Shown one piece after another: positions 59,377-64,000 of a stretch of 64,000 nucleotides of DNA (within the stretch, counting starts at the first letter, position 1; every line of letters starts with the position of its first letter). Under the pieces are notes generated by a model. It made no database searches. It worked only from the letters and a program-made list of their open reading frames with translations, and was not told the origin of the DNA. The position numbers and the translations under genes are program-made. The DNA comes from Eledone cirrhosa (taxonomy: Eukaryota). Where the stretch lies: the NCBI GenBank assembly GCA_964016885.1, contig OZ024745.1:87234001-87298000 (forward strand), given 5' to 3'.

Positions 59377-59523
59377 ATAGGCGCTGAGCTGGCCAGCCGC
59401 AGGTGTGAGCCTCGCGAGTTGGAATGGCTCTTCCAGCGCGTCTCCCTTGCCGTCCTCTGGCGAAACGCCTTCTCCATTCTGTCCGCCGGGGCTGTGGGGG
59501 GATCCATCAATATGATTGACTGA
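59377..59523 (+). mobile_element. 3' end of a restriction-like-endonuclease LINE (CRE-like)
   Basis: IGAELASRRCEPRELEWLFQRVSLAVLWRNAFSIL resembles the L.QR.S.A..RGNA..I terminal motif. Confidence 0.6.
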
Positions 59524-60881
59524 CTTGTCATTTTATCATGTACTTTTTATATATCTATATCTGTCCGACATTGATTGTCAATTAATTATTATTTCATTAG
59601 GAGCGGTGGATTGGCAGTATCTGTAGAGGGTCAGACGCCATGCTTTTCAGCATAGAGTTACGGCCCTTTACGGTCTGAGTTCAAATTCCGCTGAGGTTAA
59701 CTCTGCCTTTCATCCTTACGGGGTCGATAAAATATAAAGTACCAGTAATGCACTGCGATAATTGCTGGCCTTGTGCGAAAAGTAGAAACAATTATTTCAT
59801 GTCATAGTATAATTTCTAGCGATATCTTTTATTACGACAGCGTCTGGTTTCTGTCTTCATTATGTATTGTCTAATGGGGCGGTGGATTGGCAGTATCGGT
59901 AGAGGGTCGGACGCCATGCTTTGCAGCAAGGAGTTACGGTTCTTTATGGTCTGAGTTCAAATCCCGCCGAGGTTAACTTTGCCTTTCATCCTTACAGGGT
60001 CGATCAAATAAAGTACCAGAAATACACTGGGATAATTGCTGGCCTTGTGCCAAAAGTAGAAACAATTATGTATTGTCTAATGATACTTTCGAGTGTTTGG
60101 AGAAATTCTGTGTAAACTGAAGTTGTAAATTGTTTAAAGTTTTATGTATTCTGTTGTCAGTCAATCAACTGAGACACCTATGAAGTTATATCTGTTAGTA
60201 TGTTGAATAATAGTTGTTGGGGAGAAGTCAACTTTCGTTTACATTTTTGATATATGGCGGCCTTTCAATGATTTACTGTGTCTTGAAAATTAATTGACAT
60301 TACAATATCTACATTATATAAGAAATTATTGTTACTTAAATAAAGAAATTAGGATGGTGGATTGGTAGTATCTGTAGAGCGCCGGATAGTATGCTTTGCG
60401 GCATAGAGTTACGGCCCTTTACGACCTGAGTTCAAATACTGCCGAGGTTAACTTTGCCTTTCATCCTTACGGGGTCGATAAAATAAAGTACCAGTAATAC
60501 ATTGAGGTCGATTTAATCGACTTTCCCCTCCCCCCCCCAAATTACTGGCCTTGTGCCTATACTAGAAATCATTATTTAAAAAGAAATTATTGTTATTAAG
60601 AAAGAAATTATTGATAATAATAATTTCTTTCTTTGTAATAGTAATTTTTCAGATAACGAAGGATATAACGATGTTAATAGAAGCTGCTTGATTGTGAATT
60701 GGTTTAAGTTTGCGAGCACTTTCTCCAAGTAATTGATTAACCACTTCAGTTAATAGAAGGACTTTCTCGGCCTCAGCACTAAGATATATGCTGATTTAAA
60801 TGAAAGACATGTTAGATTGATAATTTTTGTTATATTATTTTTATTTGCCTTTTTAATACATTGTATTTTTTTTCATTAAAG

Positions 60882-61149
60882 CAACCGTCTTGTGAGTTGC
60901 GACTCTTTGCCGAAATTTGATTTGAGCGCTTGGGGCAAGTGTGATCCTGGCAGATGGGGAAATTGGGGCCCGTGGAGTGCATGTATACGAGGTCGCCAGT
61001 CATCCCAACGTCGATGTAACAGCGCTCCTTCACCACAAGGATGCGGATGTCAAGGACAAAGCACTCGTTTCCAGAGATGTTCTGGTCGAAGATGTAGACG
61101 ATTAATACGTTTCAACAACCGCAGTTTCTGGATGTGGGTACGATGTTAA
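60882..61149 (+). CDS. Heme peroxidase terminal exon with a C-terminal thrombospondin type-1 repeat
   Basis: Acceptor tttcattaaAG is phase-2 compatible. Reads NNRLVSCDSLPKFDLSAW (peroxidase C-terminal motif), then GRWGNWGPWSAC...QRRCNSAP...CQG (TSP1 WxxWxxWS.C), then TAA. Confidence 0.88.
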
Positions 61150-61962
61150 ACAAAAGAATAACTTAACTTCTTATGATTTTAGTTGGTCTTTTTTTCTTCT
61201 TGGTGTTTCTTTATTTTTTCCTGCTTCTTTTGCTACTTATAATAATTCGGGCTGTCGATTTGAATATTTGTGGTATTTAGTGAAGCGAAATTTACTTTTT
61301 GTGTTCAATTGCCACTGAAACTAACTTTGCGCTCCTTCATTATGAGGTCGATAAAATAGCTACTACTCAAACACAATAGTCGATTTTGTGTTAATATTAG
61401 AAATCACAACTTATAAAATACCGTTATTATGGATTGGCAGTATCGGTAGAGGGTCGGACACCATGCTTTGACGCATAGAATTATGGCCCTTGCCATTCTG
61501 AGTTCAAATCCCGCCGAGGTTAAATTTGCCTTTCATCCTTACGGGTTCAATAAAATAATACACTGAGTAATTGCTGGCCTTGTGCCAAAAGTATAAACAA
61601 TTATTTCGTCCTAAAGTACTTATGACTAATAAAAGAAATTATTATTATTGTTTGTGTTTCTCCTCTTCTTTCGGTTTTGTTTCTATTTCTTGCCAAGTGT
61701 TTTCTCGACACCCAGGACTGAGAAACTCACTGCATATATTGATAATCCACAAAATAAACTCACCAGATTGTTCACGTCACACACTTTACATAATTTCAAC
61801 TATATCATTTGTTTTATATATGTGCACATTATCTGTTTAAAATCATGTTTACAACAGAATGATAATCAATCATATAACAGTGCTTAATTATTCACAATGT
61901 TCATAATATGGAATATAATCTAATAAAGTTAGGAAAGAAAATTACATAGATGATTACCTTTT

Positions 61963-62420
61963 TCACAGCGATACTGCTCTTCTCAATACTTGAGCCGCCC
62001 CAGACATTTTACACTTCATTCTAAAATAATTTTCTGTTCCTTTTTTGATAATTCTCAGTGTTCCTACAATCATTGGTATTGAAACCACCTTGAGATGCCA
62101 CATTTTTTCAATTTCAATCAGCAAGTCTTTATATATTCTGAGTTTGTCAAATTCTTTTCCCGCAATATTTGTGATCACATGGGATGACCATATCAATAAA
62201 AAAACGTAATTTGTTATTTTGGTCTTTTACAATATTATTCGGTCTGTCAGCTTTGTTAGCTCTATCTCTATGTACAGGGAAATCCTGTACAATCGTTACA
62301 TTTTCTGACTCAGTTACAACCACAGGGTGATGTTTATACCACTTGTCAACAGTTTTGATTTTATAATACTGACATAGTATCCAATGTAGATATTGATCAA
62401 TTCTGTCATGCCTTGATTTA
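61963..62420 (-). mobile_element. 3' fragment of an R4/Dong-like LINE (RLE domain)
   Basis: RHDRI.QYLHW.LC...WYKHHP...QDFPV..DR...RP......FIDM.IP, frameshift, then KEFDK..YKDL..EI..MW....IP.IVG.L. Confidence 0.8.
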
Positions 62421-62460
62421 TACTCTACTGACGATAAATATTATTATCATCATTATAGGT

Positions 62461-62505
<45 letters not shown>

Positions 62506-62560
62506 GAAAGGTATAGAAAACACTGCAGCGAAAAGCCAACAGCATTCCATAATATATATA

Positions 62561-62596
<36 letters not shown>

Positions 62597-62753
62597 TATA
62601 TAATATATATAATATAAGTAGAAGGGGTATTTAATTTGTTGGAAGTCCAACAAATATAAATGTTTATAACTAATTTAGAGCACTCAACAGTTTACTGGAG
62701 TAAATATTCAATGATATTAAATAAATGGAAACTATATTTATAAAACGATATTT

Positions 62754-62814
62754 ATTTTATTATATATATTTCAAGGGTACCAAGACACATTGATACGCTT
62801 TCATCAGATAAAAT
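62754..62814 (-). ncRNA. Hammerhead ribozyme motif
   Basis: attttat-CTGATGA-aagcgtatcaa-tgtgtc-ttggtaccctt-GAAA-tatat-ATA-ataaaat. Confidence 0.75.
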
Positions 62815-63134
62815 ACAAAGTTTGTTTTATAAATAGAGACATACCCATGAAAATCATACCTTATCGGTTGGAAATTCACTGGATAGTGGAAATATATTAG
62901 GGATTTTTCAAACTTACGTGTGAATATGCAAATGAATATGTAAATAATTGAAAAACAACAGTCTATTTAAACGACTATGGAAAGAGAGAAGAGATAGGAG
63001 GAGAAGATAAAATAGTGCTAGAGAGAGAGAGAAGAAAGAAACAAGAGAGGATGACTAAAACTCAAATAACGTTAATTTGAGGGAAATATATTCTAAGTAT
63101 ATATCTTAATAGTAAGTGTATTTACGATTATTAG

Positions 63135-64000
63135 TTGTTTAAAATTTGTTTATAATATAATATTTTTCTTCTGTTATAAGTAGATAAATAAATAAATAAA
63201 TACATGGGTATATCATGTTATAGATAATTGTTCTAATGAGTTATGATTGATATTGGTTTTGTATTTAATGTAAATAAATATTAAGTTGAATTAAATTAAA
63301 ATGGGAATATATTAAAATGGGAATATACGGAATAAACTCCGGTTTAATTTATTTATTTGTTAGTGTGAGACTATTTAGTTAAAATAAGTATAGATGTTGA
63401 AAGATATATTTAGCCAGAATCAGTTAGTGGTTATAAATTTATTGAAAAACATTTGCTATAATTCCACTTCTTAAAATTTCATAAAACATATACGTATATA
63501 ATTCTAATTTTTAAAAAAAAATTTTAATTTTAATTTTAATAATTTTTATTTCTTTATTTTTATCTCTTTAATTTTTATTTCCTTAAAATTACTTATCTCT
63601 TATGAATTATTTAAAAAAAAATTTCTCAAATTTTTAATATTTTTTAATACTGTATCAATATTTTTTAAATATTTTTCAATAGATTTATAATCACTAACTG
63701 ATTCTGGCTAAATGTATCTTTCAACATCAATACTTATTTTAACTAAATAGTCTCACACTAACGAATAAATAAATTAAACCGGAGGTTTTTTCCGTATATT
63801 CCCATTTTAATATATTCCCATTTTAATTTAATTTAACTTAATATTTATTTACATTAAATACAAAACCAATATCCCTCATAACTCATTAGAACAATTATCT
63901 ATAACATGATATACCCATCTATTTATGTATTTATTTATTTATTTATTTATTTAGCTACTAGAAGAAGAAATATATTATATTATAAACACATTTTAAACAA
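63135..64000. repeat. AT-rich long inverted repeat running off the window end
   Basis: 63135-63450 is the reverse complement of 63672-64000. Confidence 0.8.

Overview
AT-rich animal genomic DNA, probably an octopus or other coleoid cephalopod (inferred from the density of (TA)n/(CA)n and the SINE type). The only host gene I can support is the last three coding exons of a + strand animal heme peroxidase ending in a thrombospondin type-1 repeat (40062-40231, 55247-55349, 60882-61149). Almost everything else is transposon-derived. Most of it is Penelope-like retroelements (PLEs; RT plus GIY-YIG) and short derivatives, inserted into (TA)n tracts as inverted-arm (hairpin) structures with minimal hammerhead ribozyme (HHR) motifs. 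There are also a non-autonomous Helitron, a Tc2/pogo-type MITE, tRNA-SINEs and RTE, CRE-like and R4-like LINE ends. Most ORFs in the supplied track are microsatellite artefacts. Best leads: (1) two divergent endonuclease-positive PLEs share an upstream ORF joined to an AUG-less RT frame by an in-phase U UUU UUA heptamer, a candidate -1 ribosomal frameshift; (2) several families carry a U3-A8 covariant hammerhead core (UUGANAA); (3) another HHR group keeps a C.C mismatch at stem II position 4 despite covariation; (4) the short arm of each hairpin insertion ends at an internal TA motif fused to the (TA)n target. All pairings and translations were read by eye, with no database searches.
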